Assembly: GCA_963706595.1 (NCBI GenBank) | Contig: OY970166.1 | Coordinates: 1,792,001 to 1,856,000 of the forward strand | DNA from: an uncultured cyanobacterium | GTDB taxonomy: Bacteria > Cyanobacteriota > Cyanobacteriia > Cyanobacteriales > Nostocaceae | Direction of reading: 5' to 3' | Length of the DNA: 64,000 nt | Shown: positions 1-10,361 of the stretch, piece after piece | Layout: every line of letters starts with the position of its first letter | Numbering within the stretch: position 1 is the first letter of the stretch | The notes under the pieces: model-generated | The model's database searches: none | Seen by the model: the letters and a program-made list of their open reading frames with translations, nothing else | Told to the model about the DNA's origin: nothing | Translations under genes and position numbers: made by a program

Positions 1-1
1 A

Positions 2-1807
2 ACTTGGTCGCAAAAGAAAGCTGTAGAGTTATTTGCCGAAGAAGCCAAGCGTCTACAAGAACTGGGAGAACATCCACAAATACCAACTCTGTTGGCTTAT
101 TTTGAGCAAGACAACTGTCTGTATTTGGTACAACAGTTTGTAAATGGGCAGAATTTGTTAACCGAGTTGCAACGGCGAAAAGTTTATAAACCTGGGGAAA
201 TTCAAGCAATTCTGCTGCATTTATTGCCTGTCCTCAAGTTTATCCATGATCGTGGTGTGATTCACCGCGATATCAAACCAGAAAATATTATTCGCCGACA
301 TGGTGATGGGCGGTTAAGCCTGATAGATTTTGGTTCCTCGAAGCAATTAACGGCGAGAGTCCAGAAAAAAATCGGCACATCGATTGGTTCTCATGGTTAT
401 TCGCCATTGGAACAAATTAGGGACGGTAAGGCTGACCCAGCTAGTGATTTGTTTGGTTTGGGGGCTACTTGCTTTCATTTGCTAACTGGAATTTCCCCGT
501 TTCAGTTGTGGATGGAATATGGCTATGGCTGGGTGTCGAATTGGCGACAATATTTGCGAAGTCCATTGAATAATGAATTGGATTATGTTCTGGATAAACT
601 GTTGAGAAAAGATATCCAGCAGCGTTACCAATCAGCAGATGAAGTTATTGCAGAATTGACTCCAAAACAAGCACTAGCACTACCGCCAGCAGGTAAGTCT
701 TCTGGAAAAATTCCAGTAACTCAAATTTCATCTTTACCAGTCAAATATGCTTTACTGAAAAATTTAGTCTTGGTAAGTGCTTTAATTCTGTTATTTGGTA
801 TCCAAGATTCTTGGTATCAGCAATATCGTCGTGTCCACACTGTTTTATGGTCTCGGCTGAGTCAAAATCGTAGTAATTCGGGCGAGTCAGTTGTTGAACA
901 GTCGCCTAATTTGACCTTAAAGAACATTTCTTTAGCTAAAGTTCTGCAAGGTGATGAAGATTTGGTTTCATCTGTGGCGATTAGTCCCGATAGCCAGATT
1001 TTTGCTAGTAGTGGCGACCGTTTGATTAAAGTTTGGAATCTGACTACAGGAAAAGAAATTGCTACTCTCAAAAGCCATGTCCAAAGGGTAAATGTGGTAG
1101 CTATCAGCCCAGACGGACGCACTCTGGTGAGTGGTAGTGATGATAAAACTATCAAAATTTGGGATTTGCCAACTGGTGAGTTAGTTCGGACGCTGAGGGG
1201 ACATTCTGATTCAATTCAGGCGATCGCGATTAGTCCAGATGGTGCAACTTTGGTTAGTGGTAGCGATGATTACTCGATTCGACTGTGGAATATGGCAACG
1301 GGAAGGTTAAAACGCACACTCAGAGGGCATACATCTTGGGTGCGATCGCTGGCGATTAGCCCGGATGGTGTGACTCTGGCCAGTGGTAGTTTTGATAAAA
1401 CTATTAAAATTTGGGATTTAAATAAAGCTGTTTTTATTGATACACTGCGGACGGATGCGGAAACGGTGACAGATGTGGCTTTTAGTCCAGATGGTCTGAC
1501 TCTGGCTAGTGCTAGCCGCGATCGCACGATTAAACTGTGGAATTTAGCCACCAAACAGAAAACTCAGACGTTAGCAGAAAATGCCGAAACGGTGACATCG
1601 ATTGCTTTTAGTCCAGATAATACGACTCTGGTGAGTGGTGGTCGCGATCGCACGATTAAACTGTGGAATTTGGCCACAGGTAAAGAAATGCGTACACTTG
1701 TGGGTCACGCCGACACTGTAACTTCAGTCGCTATCAGCCCAGATAGTAAGACCCTTGTCAGTGCTAGTGAGGACAATACGATCATGATTTGGCGATCGCC
1801 TCAATAA
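2..1807 (+). CDS. Ser/Thr protein kinase with C-terminal WD40 repeats (5'-truncated by window edge)
   Basis: HRDIKPEN, DFG and YSPLEQ kinase motifs, a TM segment and about 7 WD40 repeats (GH...SVAISPDG..LVSGS.D.TIKIW). The frame is open back to position 2 (TWSQKKAVELFAEEAKRL...). Confidence 0.95.
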   Translation, partial: TWSQKKAVELFAEEAKRLQELGEHPQIPTLLAYFEQDNCLYLVQQFVNGQNLLTELQRRKVYKPGEIQAILLHLLPVLKFIHDRGVIHRDIKPENIIRRHGDGRLSLIDFGSSKQLTARVQKKIGTSIGSHGYSPLEQIRDGKADPASDLFGLGATCFHLLTGISPFQLWMEYGYGWVSNWRQYLRSPLNNELDYVLDKLLRKDIQQRYQSADEVIAELTPKQALALPPAGKSSGKIPVTQISSLPVKYALLKNLVLVSALILLFGIQDSWYQQYRRVHTVLWSRLSQNRSNSGESVVEQSPNLTLKNISLAKVLQGDEDLVSSVAISPDSQIFASSGDRLIKVWNLTTGKEIATLKSHVQRVNVVAISPDGRTLVSGSDDKTIKIWDLPTGELVRTLRGHSDSIQAIAISPDGATLVSGSDDYSIRLWNMATGRLKRTLRGHTSWVRSLAISPDGVTLASGSFDKTIKIWDLNKAVFIDTLRTDAETVTDVAFSPDGLTLASASRDRTIKLWNLATKQKTQTLAENAETVTSIAFSPDNTTLVSGGRDRTIKLWNLATGKEMRTLVGHADTVTSVAISPDSKTLVSASEDNTIMIWRSPQ

Positions 1808-2228
1808 TGGGAGTTGCATATAGCTTGCAATAGAGATCCTCATTTGCGTAATATGAGTTCCAACAGCAACTGGAAGTCCCTCACACAGTGCTGAAAACAA
1901 CCAGCTATGTTGGCTTCCAGTCCTTCCTTTGTCCATCGTTGCAAAATCATAAATTGTCACACATCAAATAATGTGCATATAGCAGGTTTACCAGGCTTTA
2001 TATAGTTTGATCAAAATCACCTTTGTATATGAGTTATAACTATTTTGCTAACGTCATATACCTGTTGATTACCATTTAACAGTGTTAAAAATACTGGTGT
2101 GATTCTATGAAAATTAACCCAGTAAATAGTAAAACTTTAATTGACGAACATACTCCCATAAACCAGACAGTTCTGCCCCAGCAATAAAAAGCTGACTCTC
2201 GAATTTTATCAAAAATAGATATTTACCA

Positions 2229-2582
2229 ATGATTCATATTTCACAACTACCTTGGTTATTAGTTGCTGTATCTGCGTTTTGTAATTGCATTGGTAATATT
2301 CTACTCAAGCAGTCACGTTTAGGGATAAATAATGCCAATTTCCTTGTAACCATAGTTTCCCCCTGGTTTATTGCTGCGCTGATTTCTTACTGTACAGGGT
2401 TGCTTTTATTAGCAAAAGCACTTGATCAACTCCCGCTTTCTATGGTGGTTCCCACTTCCCAGGGAATTGGATTCATTTTGGTGATTCTTTTGTCGTATTG
2501 GTTATTTAATGAAACTTTGACATTCAATCAGTTAATTGCCATAAGTTTCATTTTTGCGGGAGTCGTGGTGATGACACGTTGA
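2229..2582 (+). CDS. SMR/EamA-family small 4-TM transporter (ArnE/F-like)
   Basis: 117 aa with four hydrophobic helices and an LPLS.V.P motif typical of DMT/SMR proteins. Confidence 0.75.
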   Translation: MIHISQLPWLLVAVSAFCNCIGNILLKQSRLGINNANFLVTIVSPWFIAALISYCTGLLLLAKALDQLPLSMVVPTSQGIGFILVILLSYWLFNETLTFNQLIAISFIFAGVVVMTR

Positions 2583-2676
2583 TCATTTCAGGGAAGTAAA
2601 TTTTTTTAAACTTTGCAATTGATCTATTGATTATGGTTTGTATATCTTGTCAACATTTAGACACCAAGGGGTTATT

Positions 2677-3567
2677 ATGACATCTCTTAAAGGTAAGACA
2701 GTTCTTCTCACAGGTGCATCACGTGGGCTAGGGGTATATATTGCGCGGAATTTGGCAAAAGAGCAAGCAACTATAGTCGGCGTTTCTCGTTCAAAATTAA
2801 GTCTAGATCAAGTAAGTGATCAAATCAAAGCTGTTGGTGGTAAATGGATCAGTATTCCCTTTGACATGACAAATGTAGCAGAACTTTCTACTTTAGCGTC
2901 CCAAATACATGAAGTTGCCGGACCCGTTGACATTTTAATTAATAATGCTGGTGTAGAAATGTATCGCAATTTTGTAGATTATTCTCTTGAGGAAATCCAG
3001 TCAATATTGACAACTAATCTAATTGCTGCTGTGGAAATAACTCGTTTATTACTACCAAGTATGTTGGAACGGCGTAGTGGACACATTGTTAATATTGCTT
3101 CTATAGGTGGGAAAAAAGGAGTTGCTTACAACAGCATCTATTCTGCGAGTAAAGCTGGTTTGATTCTGTGGAGTGATGCTATACGACAAGAATTAACTGG
3201 TACTGATGTGAATATCTCGACAATTTGCCCAGGATATATCAGTAAAGTTGGGATGACTGTTAAAACTCGTGTACCAGTACCACCACTAGCAGGTATATCT
3301 ACACCTACTAAAGTGGCAGACGCAGTGATTAAATCTCTTAAAAAAAATCAGGCAGAGGTAATAGTAAATGAAAGTTTTCTCACCGAAGGTCTGACTAAAG
3401 TAATGTTTGCAATTGGACAAATTTATCCAGAAATTGTAGACACAATTTATCGCCTGATTGGCGTGGTCAAATTGAACCAAATGCGATCAGAAAAATTGAG
3501 GACCGTTGAAATTGCGCCTAATAAACTAAAAAGCCAAGTTGCAAATACTGGCTTTGCACAATGGTAG
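2677..3567 (+). CDS. Short-chain dehydrogenase/reductase
   Basis: TGASRGLG, NNAG and YSASK (YxxxK) motifs. ATG at 2677 preferred as start. Confidence 0.92.
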   Translation: MTSLKGKTVLLTGASRGLGVYIARNLAKEQATIVGVSRSKLSLDQVSDQIKAVGGKWISIPFDMTNVAELSTLASQIHEVAGPVDILINNAGVEMYRNFVDYSLEEIQSILTTNLIAAVEITRLLLPSMLERRSGHIVNIASIGGKKGVAYNSIYSASKAGLILWSDAIRQELTGTDVNISTICPGYISKVGMTVKTRVPVPPLAGISTPTKVADAVIKSLKKNQAEVIVNESFLTEGLTKVMFAIGQIYPEIVDTIYRLIGVVKLNQMRSEKLRTVEIAPNKLKSQVANTGFAQW

Positions 3568-3764
3568 AACACATTGCAATGCATGGTTGTATGTATATCA
3601 ATCGGGGCTATTAGATGCTTTGTATTATATCCAAGTTTCAATGAAAAAGGAATTCTAACAACTAGAAAAAATGTAAAGCAAAGAAAATTAAAGCCAACTA
3701 AAAATGAAATACCTCTGCATATAAATAGATATTTATTGCAAGTCACTAACATCGTTATAAGGAG

Positions 3765-4541
3765 ATGACAACAATGGTTAAAAGTTCCTCTATTCCTCAA
3801 CCGCTGATCAATATCTTTAAATCTGTAAATTGGAATTTCAAGTTTATCAGTAGTCAAATAATGTTGTACAACGAGGCCAGGTTAGCGCCTACTTTCCATG
3901 AAGTGGTACTAAAAATTGCTAATCTTCCACTAGGCCAAGTACCAACACGCAAAATGCTGGCTGAATTGCTAGTAGGTTGGGGAAACAATTTTTTTGTTAC
4001 TGACCTTGATTACCTAGATGAAGTTGCGAAGCAGGTTGCGAATACCCCTGGTCCTATCCTTGAGTGTGGTAGTGGACTAACGACTATTTTGATGGGATTG
4101 CTTGCTGGTCGGCGCGGTGTTGAGATTTATTCTCTAGAGCATATGCCGAAATGGCACACATATGTAAGTGATATGCTGCAAAGCTACTGTATTGAGGGAG
4201 TTAATCTTTATCTATCACCGTTGCAAGACTTCGGCGGCTTTTCTTGGTACCAACCTCCTTTAGCTAGCTTGCCGAATGATTTCCGTCTAGTTATTTGTGA
4301 CGGACCTCCTACAAATCAAACACCTGGTGGTCGGTACGGTCTTTTGCCTATTCTGGGACAACATCTTGCTCCTGGTGCAGTGATTTTGCTTGATGATGCC
4401 GATCGCGAGGGCGAAAGAGAAGCGCTGCGTCAATGGACAACTGAAGCAAGAATCAACGTTGTGCATCGCGAATTTTCTTCGGGATCATTCGCCTTCGTAA
4501 CTTATTTAGGCAGATTTAATGAGTTTGAGGTAAATCAATGA
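3765..4541 (+). CDS. Class I SAM-dependent methyltransferase-like protein
   Basis: ILECGSGLTT, SLEH, ICDGPP and PGAVILLDD motifs. Confidence 0.75.
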   Translation: MTTMVKSSSIPQPLINIFKSVNWNFKFISSQIMLYNEARLAPTFHEVVLKIANLPLGQVPTRKMLAELLVGWGNNFFVTDLDYLDEVAKQVANTPGPILECGSGLTTILMGLLAGRRGVEIYSLEHMPKWHTYVSDMLQSYCIEGVNLYLSPLQDFGGFSWYQPPLASLPNDFRLVICDGPPTNQTPGGRYGLLPILGQHLAPGAVILLDDADREGEREALRQWTTEARINVVHREFSSGSFAFVTYLGRFNEFEVNQ

Positions 4542-5801
4542 ACCAGATAGGGATATCTATTTTTGCAGTTTTGGCAGTTTTTGTAATTATTCAGACTCTT
4601 TGTGCGCTGGCTTTTACATCATCACTTTGTGTGCCAAAATCGCAGACTATCCAAGATGAGTTGTTACCCAAGGCGGTGATTATTCTTGCCTTGCGAGGTG
4701 CTGATCCATTCTTAGCTGACTGTCTTTGCGCTCTACTAAACCAGAACTATCCACAGTACGACTTGCACATTGTAGTTGATAGTCAGGAAGATCCTGCCTG
4801 GGATGTGGTTGAAAAAACTATCCAGGAAACAGGAGCAACGCATTTCCAAGTCACACCTTTAATTATGCGCCACAATACCTGTAGTCTCAAATGCAGTGCC
4901 TTAGTGCAAGCGATCTGTGCATTAGACGATTCTTATCAGGTAGTGGCTTTCATCGATGCTGATGTCGTTGCCCATCCAAACTGGTTACGTGAATTAGTTG
5001 TACCCTTAGCGGACAAGCGGATTGGAGCCAGCACAGGAAATCGTTGGTATATGCCGCCAAGGGAACAATGGGGTTCGCTGGTGCGATATATATATAACTC
5101 GGCATCGGTAGTTTCCATGTATATCCACAAATATGCTTGGGGAGGCTCAATGGCAATGAAACTGTCTAACTTGCGACAATCCCAACTTTTAGATATATGG
5201 ACGCAAAGCCTTTCCGTTGATGCACCAGTCCACGGAGCGTTACACAACATTGGCTTAAAAGTGAAATTTGTGCCGACCGTGATGATGATCAATCGGGAGA
5301 ATTGTGATTTAGGTCAATGCTTGCGCTTCATTCAACGCCAATTACTTATGCCAAGGCTATATCACTCTAAGTGGATGCTGTTTGTCTTCCAGGTATTCGT
5401 ACCCTCATTAGCTCTTGTGATCGCAATAGGACTGATGGTAATTTCCCTAATCAGAGGCAATTTTGCCGCAGCAGTCTGTGTTTGGAGGCGGATTCTTCGG
5501 CTATATCTTGGTAATGACATTGCTGATTACACTTTTGGAACAAGGAGTCCGGCAGGTTATTTGGGATTATAGCAAACCTATGAAGCGTTTTTCGTTTGCA
5601 TTCTTAATGAAAGTTTTGCTGGCGGTTCCGTTGGCACAATTAATTTCTACGCTGGCTACAGCATCAACCATGATTAAGCGAAATGTTGAGTGGCGTGGTG
5701 TTATCTATCAAGTCAAAAATCCTTTCAATATTCGATTAATTGAATACCATCCTTATCAAAAGTCGCTTCAACCAGTTGATAGTAAAGCTTCAATTGGCTA
5801 A
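4538..5801 (+). pseudogene. GT2 glycosyltransferase (ceramide-glucosyltransferase/HpnI-like) split by a +1 frameshift near 5479
   Basis: FIDADV (DxD), WGGSMA and RQ motifs lie in ORF 4538-5572. The C-terminal VEWRGVIY lies in the overlapping frame 5463-5801. Removing one T at ~5479 gives a continuous 420-aa protein. Confidence 0.8.
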
Positions 5802-5826
5802 GGGACTGAAAAGTATGCCATCCATC

Positions 5827-8565
5827 TTAACTACTAATCGCGCCTCTGACTAAGATTACTGTGCAGTCTACACCAGAGGCGATCGCTTCAGGAATATTAC
5901 CTTGAACTGCTTGCTGTAACAATCCCTCACGAGAAGCCCCTAAAACTACAACATCATAACCTTCGGTTTTCACGAGGTTAATCACTCCTTCAGCCACCGA
6001 ATCAGCTTGCACAGGAATAGCAACTACATTGCTGGATAATTTACGGCGACGCATTAATATGCGGATGGCTTGTTCTAAAACTGTCATGTCTGGCTTTAAT
6101 TGAGATGGTTTAAACACCTGCGTCAACCGAATGTATGGGTTATTCCCCAATGTCACCAAGGCAGGTAATAATTTAATCGCTACTCTGGCATTAGGTCCGC
6201 CAGCCATTGTGACTAGCCAACGGTTGAATTGGGGAGTGGGTAGAGACGCGATTGAGGAGTCAGCAGGTTGTGGGAATTCCCCCCGTTGTAGCGACTGGCG
6301 TTGCATCTCTACAAGGGATTGGGGAAATTTAGTAGAAAATATTTTTTGGGCTTTTTGCCCCAGCTTGACTAACATCACGTCGCAGGTGGCTTGGCGAATG
6401 ATGGTATCGACAACATTGCCAAAAATCCGCCCAGGGGTAAAAGTTTCACCTTTCCAGCCCATTAAAATCAGGTTTATATGTCGTTCCTGGATGGTTTCTA
6501 ATATTGCCTCGGCTGGGTCGTGGGCGACTCTAATTTGGGTGTGTAAGGGGATTTTCCACTTTTTAGCCAAAACTTCGGCTTGGCGGAGTAAGCGGCGACT
6601 TTTCGCGGTTCTCACTGCTGTTTCTGATGGCGAACTCTGACGCGATACTAAGATTATTTGCACGCACTCGATTTCATAGTGGCGATCGCGCGCAATAGCG
6701 GCGGCCATTTGTAAGAGGATAGCGGCGGTTTCGGGATTCGCTACTGGTACTAATAATCGACCTCTACCAATATTAGGCGATCGCGTTTGATAAACTACAT
6801 AAGAAGGTTCCGGCTGTGATTTTGGGGTAACATTGCCATAATTCAAATGTTCGGCTTGGGCGCGGATGATGTCTGCACGGGTAATAATCCCCACTAATTT
6901 CCGCCCTTCAACCACTGGTAAGCGGCTGATTTGATAGCGATCTAGCAAATACAAAACATTACTGAGGTGATGCTGGGGTTTGACAGTGATGGGGGAGTGG
7001 ATCATAATCTCCCTTAAAGAAACATCCTTTGGTGACTGGCTATTGCCCAGGATGTACGAATCACTATCGCGTTTGGTGACAAAATCCGATTGTGTGATAA
7101 TTCCGATAAGCTTGCCGTTTTCTACCACCGGAAAGCCACGATGATGGGAACGGGAAAATACTTGCATTGCTTCTTCTAATGTCATATCTGCATCCAGAGT
7201 TTCGACTCGATGCTGCATGACATCGTGGGCTGTTAACTTTGTTAATATTCCTTCGGGGGAAACTGCTTTAGTAGTTGTGATGCCTTTTAGCTGTAATAAT
7301 TTGTCATATAACGACCCCGGCATTACCTTGTCAGAAACCAAGTATGCGGCTACAGAGACAATCATTAAAGGTAGTACAAGATTAAAATCTGTAGTCATTT
7401 CAAACACAATCACAATGGCTGTCATTGGTACTTTAGAAACAGCACTAAAAAAACCGCCCATACCAGCTAAAGCGTAAGTCGTGGGGGAATCCACTGCTAA
7501 GAAATAAGCGGCGGATACACCAATCAGGTGTCCTAAACAAGAACCCAAAATCAGACTCGGCGCAAATAACCCCCCAGGCGCACCGGAACCAAAAGCGATC
7601 ATGGTGAGAATAAATTGAGATAAAAAGGCGATCGCGGCAAAAGTTATGTTAGGTTCACTGATAATCATGTACTCCCGCAACCCTGCATAATCACGGAAAG
7701 ATTCCGGCAGCATGGCCACAACTAAACCCGAAACGCATCCAGCTAAAGCCATTTTTAGCGGCAAGCTGAGGTGGAAAGTTTGATAAATTTTGATACTGGT
7801 GATCACACCACGATTAAATAATGCCCCCAGAAGTCCTGCTAAAATTCCCAACAAGACAAAAAAGGGAATTTCTGGCAAGGTGAAGTTACTAGAGTATTGG
7901 ATCAAGTCCAGGTTGAGTTGCAAACTGCCACCACCCAACAGTCGGGAGACTACACCACCAATAAACGAAGCGATAATGGCGGTTCCTAAAGTCAGCCCTG
8001 ATAAATCCTGGAGTAATTCCTCGACGATAAACAAGACACCTGTGATCGGGGCATTGAAAGCAGCTGCTAAACCTGCACCCGCACCAGCCGCAATCATCTG
8101 CCGTCGATGATCTGGGGAAGTGGGAACCCAGCGACTCATTCCTGCTGCTAAACCCGCCCCAACATGAACGGTGGGGCCTTGTCGCCCTAAAGCCATCCCG
8201 GAACCGAGGGTGATAATGGCACTGATTAACTTGACAATTGCGACTCGCCAGGATAGTGTAATTGGCACATTAGCCAGGGTGGCTTTAACTTGTGGAATTC
8301 CGCTACCTGAAGCTTCTGGTGCAAATCTATGCACTAACCAACCAGCTATAAACCCAAAGCTCAGACCAATGGCAGGTAAGATTAACCAGGCTGGTAAAAT
8401 TTGGCTAGTTTGGACTCGCCATGTCCCTAACAATCCTGCGCCGACTTTCAGGAATACCGCAGAAAGGGCAGCTACAAGACCAATAATACAAGCTTCGGCG
8501 ATCGCTAAACCTCTTCTCGGTTGCAACCAAAGGCGAAAGCGCTGAGTTATATCAGAAAGCGCCAT
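5827..8565 (-). CDS. CLC chloride channel/H+-Cl- antiporter with CBS pair and universal-stress domains
   Basis: GSGIP, GRQGP and GGLFAP CLC motifs, CBS repeats (GFPVV, RLPVV) and two USP-like domains. Confidence 0.93.
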   Translation of the reverse strand: MALSDITQRFRLWLQPRRGLAIAEACIIGLVAALSAVFLKVGAGLLGTWRVQTSQILPAWLILPAIGLSFGFIAGWLVHRFAPEASGSGIPQVKATLANVPITLSWRVAIVKLISAIITLGSGMALGRQGPTVHVGAGLAAGMSRWVPTSPDHRRQMIAAGAGAGLAAAFNAPITGVLFIVEELLQDLSGLTLGTAIIASFIGGVVSRLLGGGSLQLNLDLIQYSSNFTLPEIPFFVLLGILAGLLGALFNRGVITSIKIYQTFHLSLPLKMALAGCVSGLVVAMLPESFRDYAGLREYMIISEPNITFAAIAFLSQFILTMIAFGSGAPGGLFAPSLILGSCLGHLIGVSAAYFLAVDSPTTYALAGMGGFFSAVSKVPMTAIVIVFEMTTDFNLVLPLMIVSVAAYLVSDKVMPGSLYDKLLQLKGITTTKAVSPEGILTKLTAHDVMQHRVETLDADMTLEEAMQVFSRSHHRGFPVVENGKLIGIITQSDFVTKRDSDSYILGNSQSPKDVSLREIMIHSPITVKPQHHLSNVLYLLDRYQISRLPVVEGRKLVGIITRADIIRAQAEHLNYGNVTPKSQPEPSYVVYQTRSPNIGRGRLLVPVANPETAAILLQMAAAIARDRHYEIECVQIILVSRQSSPSETAVRTAKSRRLLRQAEVLAKKWKIPLHTQIRVAHDPAEAILETIQERHINLILMGWKGETFTPGRIFGNVVDTIIRQATCDVMLVKLGQKAQKIFSTKFPQSLVEMQRQSLQRGEFPQPADSSIASLPTPQFNRWLVTMAGGPNARVAIKLLPALVTLGNNPYIRLTQVFKPSQLKPDMTVLEQAIRILMRRRKLSSNVVAIPVQADSVAEGVINLVKTEGYDVVVLGASREGLLQQAVQGNIPEAIASGVDCTVILVRGAISS

Positions 8566-8664
8566 AATAATTAAAAGTTAATCATATAAAAACAGCTATG
8601 TTTGATGTGAAAAAAGTTTTGGAGTACATTAATGACCCACATTATGGATGAATAAATTTATCCT

Positions 8665-8712
8665 GTTCGCTTATATCCCCCGGCTAAAAGCACAGGGGCT
8701 TTACGCTTCACG
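8665..8712. mobile_element. Possible IS200/IS605-family end hairpin remnant
   Basis: The reverse complement AAAGCCCCTGTGCTTTTAGCCGGGGGATA resembles subterminal IS200/IS605-type hairpins. No transposase is adjacent. Confidence 0.45.
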
Positions 8713-8795
8713 ACTCGTAATTATGCTGACAATCCTATTTTAAATTTTAACCAACTTTGCAGTATTACCAATCTCTCCATCGGGTGGGGAGGATG

Positions 8796-10109
8796 TTAAG
8801 AAATTCTACCAGTTATAGACAATCCTTCTACTATTAGTGATGGGGTATAACAAGACCCATTCCAATCAGCATCACTACCTAATGCTACTAATTGTTTGAG
8901 AACTGTGTAGACGTTACCTGCTAGCATTGTATCTTTAACACGCCCAATTATTTGGCCGTTTTTGACCCGATAACCCAAATCAATATTGATGGAAAAGTCG
9001 CCAGAAATACCATTGCCACCACCTAGCATTTGATCCACAATTAAGCCATCATCCATTTGATGTATTAATTCTTGTAGTGATGCGGAACCGGGTTGGATTA
9101 AGAAGTTAAATAAGCCAGGGCTAGGATAACTGCCAAAACTAGGGCGAAAACCATTACCGGTGGTGTTAATACCTAGTTGGTTTCCTGTGGTGCGATCGCA
9201 ATAAAAATTTTGTAAAATTCCGTCTTGGATAAAAACTAAACTAGTTGTGGGAGTACCTTCATCATCAAAAGGACAACTATAGGGTCCAGCTTGGGGGTCT
9301 TGGTAGAGGGTGAGGCTAGGTGACATCACTTGCTTACCCAGGCGTTCTACCCAAGGAGAAGCTACTTCCAGAACCCGCTTGCCATTTAACGCTGCTTGTG
9401 CAGTACCCCAAAGCATATCAGCAGCTTTGGAAGTAAACAAAACCGGAACGCGACCGGTGGGGGGTGGGACGTTTTCTTGAGACCAATCCAACCTTTGTAA
9501 AATTTGATGAGCTAATTTTTCAGGGTGGAGAATATCCCGTTGGGTTTGTCCATCCGCAACACTTAAAAAATCATCACCCCGTACCCATTCGGCGGCCATG
9601 TAGCAACTGAGAGTTGTATCAGTGTAGTAACAATCTAAACCTTGACTATTGAAAAGTCTAGTAGTTTCCACATCACATTCCCAGTCACTGTTGCAAAGCA
9701 CATCTGGATAGACATCACGAATCAGAGCGATCGCTTCTTTGCCCCAATTAACCAATAATTCTAATGGGACAGCTGACCCAATGTCTGGATAAGATGGCTG
9801 AGAATTCTTGACTAACTCCACTGCTTCTGGTTGATTCAGCTGACTTAAAGCCAAAGCTCGTTCCACCATTGTTTGCGCTTCCACAGAACCATAAGCTACC
9901 GTTAGTCCTGGTCGCCCATTGCGCCACAGTCGTAGGGCTGTGCCTTCAGATTGACTAGTTTCTAGCTGTTTGAGACGGTTAGCCTCAAAAAAGACGGGAC
10001 GAGAGAGCGATCGCGACTGATAGACCTCCGCAGCTTCTGCTCCCGATTTGATCGCTAGTTCCAGCAGATGTTCTGCTAAAGTATCTTGTGAAAAGTTTTC
10101 AGAACCCAT
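8796..10109 (-). CDS. TldD/PmbA family protein (PmbA-like)
   Basis: PFDDEG, GNGFR and SGDFS motifs, with no HExxH. Confidence 0.9.
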   Translation of the reverse strand: MGSENFSQDTLAEHLLELAIKSGAEAAEVYQSRSLSRPVFFEANRLKQLETSQSEGTALRLWRNGRPGLTVAYGSVEAQTMVERALALSQLNQPEAVELVKNSQPSYPDIGSAVPLELLVNWGKEAIALIRDVYPDVLCNSDWECDVETTRLFNSQGLDCYYTDTTLSCYMAAEWVRGDDFLSVADGQTQRDILHPEKLAHQILQRLDWSQENVPPPTGRVPVLFTSKAADMLWGTAQAALNGKRVLEVASPWVERLGKQVMSPSLTLYQDPQAGPYSCPFDDEGTPTTSLVFIQDGILQNFYCDRTTGNQLGINTTGNGFRPSFGSYPSPGLFNFLIQPGSASLQELIHQMDDGLIVDQMLGGGNGISGDFSINIDLGYRVKNGQIIGRVKDTMLAGNVYTVLKQLVALGSDADWNGSCYTPSLIVEGLSITGRIS

Positions 10110-10157
10110 GACCCTCGGTGAATTGTGGATTTTGGATTTTGAGCTGCATCAGGAGGA

Positions 10158-10268
10158 ACGCAGATAATTATCCCAAATCATTGGTAACTATCTGCATATA
10201 TTGGCAAAAGCCATTTTAAAATGCAGATAGACGCAGACAATTATCCCAAATCATTGGTAACTATCCGC
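10158..10268. repeat. Two 38-bp direct repeats, 73-bp period
   Basis: ACGCAGA(T/C)AATTATCCCAAATCATTGGTAACTATC(T/C)GC at 10158-10195 and 10231-10268. Confidence 0.9.
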
Positions 10269-10361
10269 GTTTCATCCACCAAAAAAATTCTCCGAAAATC
10301 ATTCGTGTGTATTAGTTTGTATCAGTATTGGTCATTTGACTAACTGATCATTCCTCTCTAC

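Noticed and set aside
1200..1700. Near-identical DNA repeats (CGCGATCGCACGATTAAACTGTGGAATTT x2) as a DGR template/variable pair
   Set aside because: They are explained by WD40 repeats at 126-bp spacing. There is no reverse transcriptase in the window.
3447..3857. Short ORFs between the SDR and methyltransferase genes, and other antisense ORFs in the track
   Set aside because: Shadow ORFs overlapping well-supported genes, with no motifs.
10158..10268. CRISPR array
   Set aside because: Only two repeats, no cas genes or leader, and ends resembling a dispersed repeat family seen at ~23694 and ~26900.
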